From the NCBI RefSeq assembly GCF_006345805.1, contig NC_043006.1:1612001-1676000 (forward strand): DNA of 64,000 nucleotides, in the 5' to 3' direction. The position numbers and the translations under genes are program-made. This document shows, in pieces, positions 48,951 through 61,598 of the stretch (position 1 is the stretch's first letter; every line of letters begins with the position of its first letter). Under the pieces are notes generated by a model, which had not been told where the DNA came from, did not search any database, and saw nothing but the letters and a program-made list of their open reading frames with translations. The DNA comes from Octopus sinensis (taxonomy: Eukaryota).

Positions 48951-49161
48951 GAGTAATGTGGACTAATCATACACACACACATATCCATATATATTATATA
49001 TATATACATATATATGTATTTTTGTATATATATAAATATCTCATTCCATAATGGCTACCTCTGAAGAGCACAAGGCTGCATAATTGGACTGTTACCTAAC
49101 ACTCCGTTAAACCCCAAGTGCAAAACTGATTGGCAAGATTGGCCGTAACACATATATAATA

Positions 49162-50545
49162 CATCATCATCGTCGTTTAATGTCCACTTTCCATGCTGGT
49201 ATGAGTTGGAAGGTTTGACTGAGGGCTGGCAAGCCAGAAGGCTGCACCAGGCTCCAATCTGATCTGGCAAAGTTTCTACAGCTGGATGCCTTTCCTAACA
49301 CCAACCACTCTGAGAGTGTAGTGGGTGCTTTTTACATGCCACAAGCATGGGAGCCAGTCAGGCGGCACTGGCAACAATCACATTTAAATGGTGCTTTTTA
49401 CGTGCCACCAGCATGGGACCAGTCAGGCAGCACTGGCATTGACCAAGTTCAGATGGTGCTTTTTATGTGCCACTGGCACAGGTGCCAATCAGGCGGTACT
49501 GTCATCGGCCACAACAATGGCTTCACTTGACTCATCAGGTCTTCACAAGCTCAGTTTATTGCCCAATGATTGACAGGTACTTTTAAATGGGCTGGTTATG
49601 CTGCACTGGCATAGGCCAAAAAGTTATGGTCTCGCTTGGCTTATTGGGTCTTCTCAAGCACAGCATATCTCCAAAGGTCTCAATCACTTGTTATCACCTC
49701 CATGAGGCCCAACATTCGAAGGTTGTGCTCCACCAGCTCATCCCAGGTCTTCCAGGGTCTACCTCTTCTACAGGTTCCCTCTACTGCTAAGGTGTGACAC
49801 TTTTTCACGCAGCTATCCTCATCCATACGCAACACATGACCATACCAGCGCAATCATCTCTCTTGTACCCCACATCTGATGTTTCTTATGTCCAACTTTT
49901 CTCTCAGGGCGCTTACACTCCGACATGTATGCACACTGACATTACACATCCAGTGGAGCACACTAGCTTCATTCCTTGCAAGCTTACGCATGTCCTCAGC
50001 AGTCACAGCCCATGTTTTACTGCCATGTAGCATAGCTGTTCACATACACCCGTCATACACTCTACCTTTTACTCTGAGTGAGAGGCCTTTTGTCACCAGC
50101 AGAGGTAGGAGTCCTCTGAACTTTGCCCAGGCTATTCTTACTCTAGCAGCTACACTCTCAGAACATCCACCACTACTGACTTGGTCACCTAGGTAACAGA
50201 AGCTATCAACTACTTGTAGTTTTTTTCCCCTGGAATGTGATGGAAGCTGTTTTCTGCACATTTTCAGTGTTTATTGCTCCTGAGCATTTGCCACACACAA
50301 AACTATCTTCCCAGTTAGCCTTCCTTTGATATTGCTACTCCTCTTATGTGTCCATAGCTTACACCGGGTACATCTTATGGAGTTTCTACCTACACCTTTT
50401 CTACAGATCGAGCAGGGCCATCTACATGAAGGGATTTGTGGTTTGTCTACCTTCCTACTTATTAAGACTTTGGTTTTTGCTAGATTGACTCTAAGGCCCT
50501 TCAATTCTAGACCTTGCTTCCACACCTGAAGCTTCTCCTCTTGTT
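49162..50545 (-). mobile_element. RTE LINE 3' fragment (PHD finger, thumb, 3' UTR)
   Basis: EEKLQVWKQGLELKGLRVNLAKTKVLI..WPCSICRKGVGRNSIRCTRCKLWTHKRS, FCYLGDQVSSGG and RVRIAWAKFR, ending in a (GAT/GAC)n tail. Confidence 0.9.
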
Positions 50546-50551
50546 CTGATA

Positions 50552-50599
<48 letters not shown>

Positions 50600-50604
50600 C
50601 GCAA

Positions 50605-50783
50605 ATGGCACCCATGCCAGTGGTATGTAAAGCACTCAGAGTGGTTGGCATGAGGAAAGGCATCCAGCTGTAGAAGCCATGCCAAATCAGACTAGAGTCT
50701 GGTGCAGCCTTCAAGCTTGCCAGCTCTGGTCAAACCCATACCAGCATGGACAACAGACGTTAAATGATGATGATGATGATGAT
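50605..50783 (+). mobile_element. RTE 3' tail
   Basis: gagtggttggcatgagg..ccagcatggacaacagacgttaaatgatgat. Confidence 0.8.
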
Positions 50784-51397
50784 ATGTATGTATATTTATG
50801 CATATAAAAGAGAGAAGCGGGGGGGGAAGAGTAAAACAGAAGGGAGGAGACAGAGAAATAGTAGCAGTTACGTAGGTAATTACTTAGTTGGGCAAGGGAG
50901 TAATTAGTAGTAAGTCAGTCCAATAAATAGTCAGATATAAAATATCAATATAGACAACACGTAGCAGGAGAAGCAACAAAAGAAGCCAGTGTATGTATAA
51001 TATGTTACATTCCCATAATAAACACCAGCAAGCAACACAGATGTCACTCTGTCCTTTATATTAAGTCTTACAAAGCTGCTTGCTTTACGACTCTCCCTCT
51101 CTCTCTCCCGATAGATTCCTTTATTTATAGTCTTTTATGTCCAATTAACAAGCTAACTTATATTGAATATTTCTCTGGTTACTAAAAACTGAATTTTCAC
51201 AAATGTTGAATTGTGCAGTTAACCTGCCTAGTCTGTTACAATTTTTTTTCTAATTAACCAAAAGAGTTAAGGACATGTGTTAGTAATATACATCTGAAGC
51301 AGTCAAAGACTAATAGCATTGGTACAATGTTAGAGCACCTTTCATGTCCCTAGGAGATGTGAGTTCCAATCTCATAGGCAGCCTTCAACTTTTAGAA

Positions 51398-53145
51398 GTG
51401 GTGAGCTGGCAGAATCGTTAACATGCTGGGCAATATGCTTAGCAGTATGTCGTCAGTCTTTACTTTCTGAGTTCAAATTCTGCTGAAGTTGGCTTTGCCC
51501 TTCATCCTTTCAGGGTTGATAAAATAAGTACCAGTTGAACACTGGGGTCGATGTAATTGACTTATTCCCATCCCCCAAACTTGCTGGCCTTGTGCCAAAA
51601 ATTGAATCCAGTATATCTGAAGCAATCTCTTCGGCCATGATTATATGAATATATCTCTGGAATTTGTTGGTCAAAGAATAAAGTTTTTACCCACGTGCTT
51701 TCTGTTAATTAAAACAAACAAAAACACCAAAACAAAATAAAAATATTTCAAAAATTATAGATGCAGGGGAAATCCCCCACCACCCCAAAATTGCTGGCTT
51801 TGTGCTAAAATTTGAAACTGCATCATCATCATTATTATTATTATTTACTATTATTATCATTATTATTATTATTATTATTAATATAATTATTATTATTATT
51901 ATTATCATTATTATTATTGTTAAGGCAGCAAGATGGCAGAATTGTCAGCACGCTGGATGAAATGCTTAGCAGCATTTTACCTGTTGCTACATTCTGAGTT
52001 CAAATTCCTTGAAGGCTGGCTTTGCCTTTCATCTTTTCAGGGTCGATAAATTAAGTACCTCCTGAAAAATTTCAGGCCTTGTGTCTATAGTTTAAAAGGA
52101 TTATTATTGTTGCTGTTGTTGTTATTACGATTATTTGGCCAAATCATTAGTGTTGGACAAAATGCCTTGTGGTATTAGTTCTGGCTGCTCACATTCTAAG
52201 TTTGAATCCTGTCAAGGTCAAATTTGTCTTTCATCCCTCTAGAGCATAGGTTCTCAAAGTGGACACTACTGCACTGCGGTGGGTGTTGAGAGGGTCCAGG
52301 TGGATACTGGTGTCTAAGGGGGCATTGCAAGGAAGGTAGTGAACTGGGGGAAACTATGAATTTATAATATTATTGTAGTATTGTACGCAAATTATATAAT
52401 ATATTAAATATCATATGATTCATAGTATATATAGATTAGTAAAATATAGAATATTTATTTATGCATAAAAGTAGGGGTGGAGGTACTGAGGGTATTATGT
52501 GGCCTTGAGGTGGGGGCAGTGGCCCAAAATGTTTGAGAACCTCTGCTCTAGAGTCAATAAAATATAGAATCAGTTAAGCACTGGTGGTCAGTGCTATTGA
52601 GTTACCTCCTCTTTCCTTAAAACTTCTGGCCTTGTGCAAAAATTTGAAACATTAACGTGGTGAGCTGGCAGAATTGTTGGTGCGTCAGACAAAATGCTTT
52701 GTAGCATTTCATCTGACTTTTTATGTGTTGAGTTCAAATGTTACAGAGATTGACTTTGCCTTTCATACTTTCTGGCGGGTTTTAAAATATATACAAGTTG
52801 AGCCCTGGGAAGGTCAATGTAATTGGCTAGCACCCTCTCACAAAATTTCAGGTAGAAAGAATTATTATCATCATTATTATTATCATCATCATTAAGGTGG
52901 TGAGCTGACACAATCGTTAGCACACCAGATTAAATGCTTAGCAGTATTTTCTCTACCACGGTGTTCTCAGTTCAACTTTGCCCTTCACCCTTTCAGAGTC
53001 AATGAGTACTGGGGTTTACTCTTTTACTCTTTTACTTGTTTCAGTCATTTGACTGCGGCCATGCTGGAGCACCGCCTTTAGGTGATGTAATCGACTATTC
53101 TCCTCACCCAAATTTCAGGCCTTGCGCCTATAGCAGAAACGATTA
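51398..53145 (+). mobile_element. Chain of about five SINE family C copies separated by (ATT)n
   Basis: Heads gtggtgagctggcagaat at about 51398, 51925, 52130, 52655 and 52893. Confidence 0.75.
52245..52545. mobile_element. hAT (Charlie-like) MITE inside a SINE C
   Basis: TIRs CATAGGTTCTCAAA / TTTGAGAACCTCTG with a perfect palindromic TSD CTCTAGAG at 52237-52244 and 52546-52553. Confidence 0.9.
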
Positions 53146-53146
53146 T

Positions 53147-53176
53147 TATTATTAATATAATTATTATTATTATTAT

Positions 53177-53220
<44 letters not shown>

Positions 53221-53320
53221 TATTAGTATTATTATTATTATTATCATTATTATTATTATTATTATTATTATATTATTATTATATTTTATTATTATATTAT
53301 CTATTATTAGTAGTATTATT

Positions 53321-53355
<35 letters not shown>

Positions 53356-53425
53356 GTTATTATTAGTATTATTATCATTATTATTATTATTATTATTATT
53401 TATTATTATTCTTATTATTAATATA

Positions 53426-53473
<48 letters not shown>

Positions 53474-53479
53474 TCATTA

Positions 53480-53544
<65 letters not shown>

Positions 53545-53610
53545 CTATTATTATCATTATTATCATTATTATCATTATCATTATTATTATTATTGTTATT
53601 ATAATTATTA
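53147..53610. repeat. (ATT)n/(TAG)n array extending a SINE C tail
   Basis: Direct reading. Confidence 0.95.
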
Positions 53611-54033
53611 TAGCTAAAGGCAGTAGGTTGGCTGATCACTGGAGCCTCAGACAACCCACCTGGCACTATCTGATCCTGTTCTTAGAGTTCAGACTTCTAT
53701 TTTTATTATGTTTAGCTGCAAAGGAAGAAGGTAACTACAAGAATGCTTTATTTCTTATCTCAAGCTGTGAGGATGACATCATGTCTGTGTGAGATCTGCA
53801 AAAGAGTTTTAAATTACTGGCTTGACCCATCGGAAATAGCAGCTAAGTTTCTTGCTATTTTGGAACAATGGGAAATTATGCATCTTGTTCGAGAACAAAA
53901 TGCATTTCTAGTTTTGAAATTGAACCCACAACTTGGTTAATTGGTAGTCGAGTTAAAGTGGTCAGCACCTTTCACTTGCATTAACTTCGTCATGTCCTAA
54001 GATAACAAAAACATCTTGTTTTCATACATACAA

Positions 54034-54079
<46 letters not shown>

Positions 54080-54084
54080 ATATA

Positions 54085-54293
54085 TGTGCAGGTGGCACGT
54101 AAAATGTGCAGGTGGCACGTAAAAAGCACCCACTACACTCACGGAGTGGTTGGCGTTAGGAAGGGCATCCAGCTGTAGAAACATTGCCAAATTAGACTGG
54201 AGCCTGGTGCAGCCTTCTGGCTTCCCAGAACCCCGGTCGAACCGTCCAACCCATGCTAGCATGGAGAACGGACGTTAAACGACGACGACGATG
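54085..54293 (+). mobile_element. RTE 3' tail
   Basis: tgtgcaggtggcacgtaaaa twice, ccatgctagcatgg and (GAC)n(GAT)n. Confidence 0.85.
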
Positions 54294-54380
54294 ATATATA
54301 CATATATATATATAATAAAAAGTCTCCACAAACAGAATTTGTAACCTGTATATGAATTCGCCACGTGGTAACTTCTTGTA

Positions 54381-54414
<34 letters not shown>

Positions 54415-54616
54415 TATATATATATACATACGTATATATATATACATACACACACACACACATATATATAGATACACACATGCATATATTCATATATATA
54501 TATATGTACATACATATGCACACACACACACACATACATAAACATATATACATATATATACACACACACATATACATACATGCACATATATATATATATG
54601 CACATACACATACATG

Positions 54617-54671
<55 letters not shown>

Positions 54672-55004
54672 CATGCATATCTACACATATGAATGTATGC
54701 ATGTATGCATGTATATATGCATGCATGAATGAATGCATGTATGAATGTATCTATATCTATATATGTCATTGTACATCTGTATAGACCAGACTATCAGATG
54801 TTGTTATACACCACTGATCACAATACTCTTCCTCACATAGTTGTAGCTTTCCAATGATGCCATCCTACTGGTTAGGCAGGCCTTGAAAAGAATGCCTGTC
54901 TTTCGCAGGGTTACCCATTTATATATTTACTGAATGAGATTTAATAAACCTGTTAAAAGAAAGCAAAAGTGGAAAGTAATGCGGCTGATAGATGGAATTG
55001 TTGG

Positions 55005-55310
55005 ACAGGGTAAGAACACCCTTCAGTCATGAGTGTCCATGGAAGTGCACCTAGAAAGTTCCTCTCTGAGGCGCAAGTCTGGATGAGTTTGTATGTGGAT
55101 GACCAGCAGTTGTCCATGCGTACGAGCTTCCCCTCTCCGTGCCACTGATGTTATCCAAGGGAAAGGCAAAGGGGCCAATTCAGCTTGGCACCAGTGACAT
55201 CTCTACTCATTTCTACAGATGAGCAAACTGCAGCAACATGAAATGAAGTGTCTTGCTCAAAAAGTGCACAACACACAGCCTGGTCTGGGAACTGAACTCA
55301 CAACCTCAAG
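55005..55310 (-). mobile_element. SINE family D-related element with alternative tail
   Basis: The reverse complement contains ttgagcaagacacttcatttcatgttgctgcagtttgctcatctgtagaaatgagt. Confidence 0.55.
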
Positions 55311-55587
55311 TTTGACTGCTCTGGATTCAGATACAAACTTTCTGTTTTAAAGAGATCCATAGTAAAACCTGGTATTGAAATTTCTTAATAATCTATGCTC
55401 CAAATTCCAGCTTATTGTTGACAGTAATTTTAATAAATCTTTCATTATTTTCATATTTAATTAAACAAAGGCAGTGAATTGCAATAGAAATATAATGATA
55501 AAATGGATAAAATGGCTAAAAGAAAAAATCTGTCAAATGAATTGTGTTAAAATAAATGTTCTATAGAAATATATTTTATTTTTATCT

Positions 55588-55945
55588 TCTACTTTTTACT
55601 TTGTTTTAACCATTAGACTGTGGCCATGCTGGGGCACCTTCTTGAAGAATTTTTAGTTGAATGAATGGACACCAGTAATTATTTTTCTATGCCTTGTCCT
55701 CAATTTATTGGTCCCTATCACTGGACCACTAAGCTATGTGGGCGTAATCGCACCAACACCAGTTTTCAAAGGGTGCTAGGAGACACAGATACAATGACAC
55801 ACACATACATATACACTATGGGCTTCTTTCAGTTTCCAGCTACCAAATCCACTCACAAGACTTTGGTTGAACTGAGGCTATAATAGAAGACACTTGCCCA
55901 ATGGAACTGAACCCAGAACTTTGTGGTTGAGAAGCAAACATTTTA
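55588..55945 (-). mobile_element. SINE family AB, diverged
   Basis: ccattagactgtggccatgctgggg..atgggcttctttcagtttcc..gaagacacttgccc. Confidence 0.75.
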
Positions 55946-56271
55946 ATACGTAGCCAAGCCAGCACCTCTTTGCATTGTGTACATCGGAGAAATTATTTTG
56001 TTTTTAATGAAAAGATAAAATGGTTGATTGAATTAATTTTATTGTATTACTGCTGGAGAGATTTTAATTAAACTTCTTGCAGAATGCAGTCACTGGTTTG
56101 AAGTATTCTTATTTAACCAACTTTTGAATTACACAACCTAAACAACATTGCATGGTTTGTTTAATCATTTCATTACATTATATACATGCAGATATATCAA
56201 GCAGACGTTAAACGATGATGATGATATATCTGCATGTATATATATATATATATATATGTGTATATATATAT

Positions 56272-56348
<77 letters not shown>

Positions 56349-56415
56349 GTATATATATCTATGTATGTATATATGTATATATATATGTATATACATATGT
56401 GTGTGTGTGTGTGAG

Positions 56416-56446
<31 letters not shown>

Positions 56447-56519
56447 ATACATGTATTTATATATATGTATGTATGTGTGTATATATATATACATACATGT
56501 ATTTATATATATATGAATG

Positions 56520-56705
56520 TATATGTGTGGCAGAGGGGGGTCTGTGTTTGTACCCCCAACATTGCTTGACAACCGATGTTGGTGAGGTTGCATCCCCATA
56601 ACCTAGCAGTTCAGCAAAAGAAACCGATAGAATAAGTACTAGGCTTACAAAGAATAAGTCCTGGGGTCGTTTTGAATGACTGAAACAAATAAAAGAATAA
56701 AAGAA
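56520..56705 (+). mobile_element. SINE family AB 3' half
   Basis: gtgtttgtacccccaacattgcttgacaacc..gactgaaacaaataaaagaataaaagaat. Confidence 0.75.
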
Positions 56706-56764
56706 TATATATTCTATATATGTATGTATGGACGTATGTACATATGTGAATATATATATATATA

Positions 56765-56992
56765 TTTCTTTACTACCCACAAGGGGCTAAACACAGAGGG
56801 GACAAAGAAGGACAGACAAACGGATTAAGTCGATTACATCGACCCCAGTGCGTAACTGGTACTTAATTTATCGACCCCGAAAGGATGAAAGGCAAAGTCG
56901 ACCTTGGCAGAATTTGAACTCAGAACGTAACGGCAGACGAAATACGGCTACGCATTTCGCCCGGTGTGCTAACGTTTCTGCCAGTTCGCCAT
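56765..56992 (-). mobile_element. SINE family C, young full-length copy
   Basis: The reverse complement reads tggcgaactggcagaaacgttagcac..ctgagttcaaattc..gtcgactttgcctttcatcctttcggggtcgataaattaagtaccag..ttagccccttgtggg. Confidence 0.9.
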
Positions 56993-57152
56993 ATATATAT
57001 ATGTATGTATAAATACCCACGCATACATATGCATGCACACATGCACACACACACAATAAATATACGCAATAAATCCATAGAATAAAACATGGAGCAAAAC
57101 CACATAAATTCCACCAATAATGTAATATGTTGAGCAATTCTTTCATTCTTAC

Positions 57153-57216
57153 CTTTTCTGGGAAACATTTTCAACAGTTCTTCTTTCCTTTTTTCTTCTT
57201 CTGCTCCATGTTCCAT
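57153..57216 (-). CDS. Candidate first coding exon of the minus-strand gene
   Basis: ATG in strong context (GGCATGG) after an in-frame TAG, encoding MEHGAEEEKRKEELLKMFPRK, then donor AAG|gtaaga (phase 1). The exon probably extends as 5' UTR to an acceptor at about 57392-57400. Confidence 0.45.
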
Positions 57217-57790
57217 GCCAAACTATTTTCTTGTTCAATAATCAGGAACAGACTTGAACAATATCTCCTTCTTTGTCCTCTTCTGTGTCCTCTTCTGTAT
57301 AATACAGGTGTTTTGTTGAAAAAGTCACTTTGGAAGAAGTGTTAATTACCAAAAGTCAGCTCAATCCAGTCCCTCAGGTAGGCTTCGAAAACCTGAGGGA
57401 CTGCAATTGATCAAGTCAGTGTATGTATGCATGAGTGTATGCATGCATGTATTATATGTATGTGCATGGGTATGCATGCATGTATGTGTACATGTATCTA
57501 TATATACATGTAGGTATTTATGTATGCTATGCATGTGTATGAATGTATGTCTGTAAATGCATAAATATATATATATATATGCATATACAAGTGTATGTGT
57601 GTATGTATGCAGTATATTACATATATATACTAAAACATACATATATGTATATAAGTATGTATACATATATATATGTATGTAAGTATGTATGTATGTATTA
57701 TATATATATATATGCTTAAATGCATACATATATATAGAGCATATATATGTATACACATGCATATATACATACATCAATACATATATACAT

Positions 57791-57828
<38 letters not shown>

Positions 57829-58292
57829 TATATATTATATATATATATATATTATATATATATATTATATAAATGCTTCTGTGTGCATAATTTTATGTCT
57901 ATAGGTGATATCTAACCTATAGAACTTTGGAAAGATGTGAACTTCTCTGCCGGCTCCCTGGTTTGACTAGATTGGTGACACCAGTTCCAGATGTTATGGT
58001 TCTGCTGGAACAAAAAGCAATGGACCTACACCTTTGTCAGAGACACACATACAAGTAGCTTCATTGATCAGGTAAGTTTGAGGGATAGCTCAACAGAACC
58101 AATGTGTGTAGAGAACACAAGCAAGTGACAGAAAGAGAGGATGAGGGGAGGTCGGGAATTAAAATGGGTGAGGGGGGAGGAGCAGAGATTGTGAGAGAGA
58201 GAGGGAGAGTAGCATACAGGTACACATGTACAAAAACACTCACACACAAAGAAAAAAATAAGAGAGAGGATATTATGAAAAGATTCCCTTAC

Positions 58293-58312
58293 CAGGTAAA
58301 TTCTGTTGAATT
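58293..58312 (-). other. Candidate 20-nt 5' UTR exon
   Basis: agttaggtttttcag|AATTCAACAGAATTTACCTG|gtaagg. Confidence 0.25.
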
Positions 58313-58644
58313 CTGAAAAACCTAACTTGCCCTCACCCCCACCACAAGCAGACCACATGTGTATATCCATATCCATATACATGCGCGTGTGTGTGTGTGT
58401 GTTTATGTGTGTGTGTGTGTTTATGTGTGTGTGTGTTTCCATACATTGACAGCTTGCTGACACAATCAATAACATTTTATATTTAGTCAGTATGTCTTCC
58501 CTGAATGTATGCATATGTGTGTGTGCGTGTATGTATGTATATGTATGTATATGTATGTATATGTATGTATATGTATGTATATGAACATGTATTTGTGTTT
58601 GCAGTGCTTGAACAAAAAAGTTGAGTAGAATATATGGAGGGAGA

Positions 58645-58675
58645 GATTAGATAGATAGATAGATAGATAGGTAGG

Positions 58676-58727
<52 letters not shown>

Positions 58728-58748
58728 TAGATAGATAGATAGATAGAT

Positions 58749-58782
<34 letters not shown>

Positions 58783-59080
58783 CTGAAAATGAGAGAGACA
58801 GAAAGAGAGAGACAGATTGGCAAGAAGATAGACAGACAGAAAGAAAAGGGGAGGGAGGGAGGGAGAGAGCAAGAGAAAGGGAGAGAGAGAGCAGAAGAGA
58901 GAGAGATATAAACTGACAGAGAGAGAAAGAGAGAGAGAGAGAAAAGGAGAAAGAAAGAAAGAGAAAGTGATAGACAGACAGAATGACAGATAGACTGAAA
59001 AATAGAGAGGGAGAGAGAGAAACAGACAGACAAACAGATAAAGAGAGGGAGAGAGAGAGAGACTGACAGTGAGAGAGATA
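58645..59080. repeat. (GATA)n/(GACA)n/(GA)n purine-rich tract
   Basis: Direct reading. Confidence 0.9.
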
Positions 59081-59739
59081 AATGGTTAAGTAGGATAATA
59101 GTAAAGTTGAATATGGTGATGCATCGAGAGGAGAAGTAGAATAAAAAATGAGAGGCTTTTGGTGGTTTTTCTTTTTTCTTTTTATGTTATTTTGGTGTGA
59201 ACAGCTGGCAAAGAACACCAGAGGACAATTTCTAAAGGTGAATGGTATGAACGGCATTACATGCTTCTCCTCTGACTTACACACACATGTGCACACAGCA
59301 CATCCTATATAGTAACAGCATTGAAACACACACATACACACACACACAGTTACACATGCACACACATATTTATCCATGCATACATATACATACGCACACA
59401 TACATGTATACAGTTATATGTATATTGTTGTATTTCGGGATGGTCAATTTATTTTATTTAAAAAAATTTTTTTTTTGCCAAATAAACACACGCACTATAC
59501 ATATATATTTCTTTCTTCACTGGTTTATTACTGGTCTAATTCGTTTTATGTCCATTGTCCGGAAATCTTTTGTCACACATCTGTGACCTCTTCAGCGACA
59601 CTTTCCGTTTCCGTGTGCGCCCTTGCTCCACTTACACCATATCATCATCATCGTTTAACGTCCACTTTCCATGCTAGCATGGGTTGGACAATTTTGACTG
59701 AGGGCTGGCGATGTGTATATATATGTTGATTCGTTAGCT

Positions 59740-59927
59740 ACTGCACGCATTTTTTTTCTCTCCTTCTTCTGTGTTTTTCTCTCTCTGGTTATCTTTCTGT
59801 TGAAGAGCGTAGGCTCGAAACGTTAAAGACTTGTTTTATTTATATTTCCTGAGCGCCATACTAATACAATTGTTCGTTTGTTTTCCACCTGCCTTCGTCT
59901 TTTGTTTATTTTCATAAAGCTTCCCGT

Positions 59928-59930
<3 letters not shown>
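59740..59930 (+). mobile_element. Penelope-LTR-like short element with variant hammerhead
   Basis: TCTTT-CTGTTGA-A-GAGC-gtag-GCTC-GAAA-CG-TT-AAAGA at 59792-59829, followed by ctgagcgccatactaatac as at 62847. Confidence 0.65.
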
Positions 59931-59964
<34 letters not shown>

Positions 59965-59988
59965 GTAACATATATATGTGTGTGTGTG

Positions 59989-60020
<32 letters not shown>

Positions 60021-60035
60021 TATAATATATATATA

Positions 60036-60275
60036 TCATCATCATCATCATCATCGTTTAACGTCCGTTTTCCGTTTTTCTGTGCTAGCATGGGTTGGAC
60101 GGTTCGACCGGGGTCTGGGAAGCCAGGAGGCTGCACCAGGCTCCAGTCTGATCTGGCAGTGTATCTATAGCTGGATGCCCTTCCTAACGCCAACCACTCC
60201 ATGAGTATAGTGGGTGCTTTTTACATGCCACTGGCACATGTGCCAGGGGAGGCTGGCAACGGCCATGATCAGTTG
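60036..60275 (-). mobile_element. RTE 3' tail
   Basis: (CAT)n cgtttaacgtccg..tgctagcatgggttggacgg. Confidence 0.85.
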
Positions 60276-60284
60276 GTGCACTCG

Positions 60285-60520
60285 AAGGTGGCAAGTTGGC
60301 AGAATCGTTTGCACGCTGGGCGAAATACTTGGCAGTATTTCGCTTGCTTTTACGTTCTGAGTTCAAATCCCGCCAAGGTCGACTTTGCCTTTCATCCTTT
60401 CGTGGGTCGATTAGATAAGTGCCAGTTATACACTGGGGTTGATGTAATTGACTTAATCCCTTTGTCTGTCCTAGTTTGTCCCCTCTATGTTTAGTTCCTT
60501 GTGGGCAATAAAGGAATAAT
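60285..60520 (+). mobile_element. SINE family C
   Basis: aggtggcaagttggcagaatcgtt..gagttcaaatccc..ttagttccttgtggg. Confidence 0.85.
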
Positions 60521-60529
60521 ATATATATA

Positions 60530-60665
60530 GGCGCAAGAGTGGCTGTGTGGTAAGTAGCTTGGGCAAGTGTCTTCTACTATAGCCTCGGGCCAACCAAAGC
60601 CTTGTGAGTGGATTTGGTAGATGGAAACTGGAAGAAGCCCATCGTATATATGTATATGTATATAA

Positions 60666-60697
<32 letters not shown>

Positions 60698-60908
60698 TTG
60701 TGTGTCTGTGTTTGTCCCCCCCAACATCACTTGACAAACGTTGGTGGTGTGTTTGCGTCCCCGTAACTTAGCGGTTCGGCAAAAAAGACCAATAGAATAA
60801 GTACTAGGCTTTCAAAGAATAAGTCCTGGGGTCGATTTGCTAGACTAAAGGTAGCACTCCAGTATGGCTGCTGTCAAATGACTGAAACAAGTAAATGAGT
60901 AAATGAGA
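60530..60908 (+). mobile_element. SINE family AB with an internal head deletion
   Basis: ggcgcaagagtggctgtgtggtaagtagcttg|ggcaagtgtc lacks the B-box segment. The tail is gtaaatgagtaaatgag. Confidence 0.85.
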
Positions 60909-60923
60909 ATATACATCTATGCA

Positions 60924-60970
<47 letters not shown>

Positions 60971-61050
60971 ATTATATACATATGCGTGTGTGTGTGTATA
61001 TATGTATACATAAACACACACACACATATATACATATATATATATATTAT

Positions 61051-61275
61051 TAATTTAAAGGACACAATACATGTCTTTAAGTGCTACCAATTGTCTCTCA
61101 TCAGGCACAAACCAGATATCATAAACTACAAAAATGAACAAGAGAAGTACATTATGATATGTGGTTTGTGCCTGATGAACATGTTAGAGATATTTCTTAA
61201 CAGATGAAACTATTAGCAGCACTTAAAGACTTGTATTGTGTCCTTTAAATAAATGATATTTATCTCTCATCAGAA
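61051..61275. mobile_element. Inverted pair of Penelope-LTR-like segments, each with a hammerhead relic
   Basis: The plus copy reads GTGC-CTGATGA-stem II-GAAA-CTATTAG-CA-GCAC (61168-61222). The minus copy at about 61051-61124 reads gtgcctgatgagagacaattggtagcac. Both continue into ttaaagac.tgtattgtgtcctttaaat. Confidence 0.6.
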
Positions 61276-61598
61276 GGAGTACTACTTTTTTTGTTGAATT
61301 TTCTGTCTTGGAACAGGACATTGTATATATACAGGGTACGATGGATAAATTGTTGCTGGTTTATATTTTTATATTTCATGCATTTGCATTGTTTGTTTTT
61401 GATTTTGTCAACTACACAGTATAGTAGGGTTAGTTGGGCACCATCTCTGAGAAAAACAGTACCATAACACAACTCTACCAGAAATTTGTAAATTACATGC
61501 TGTACTGCTTGGTATTCATGCCTGAAGCTCCATTACAAACATTTCAGAGAGTTGGGGCGTCAACCTGAGTGTTTACCATGTTCCCAAAATATATACCA

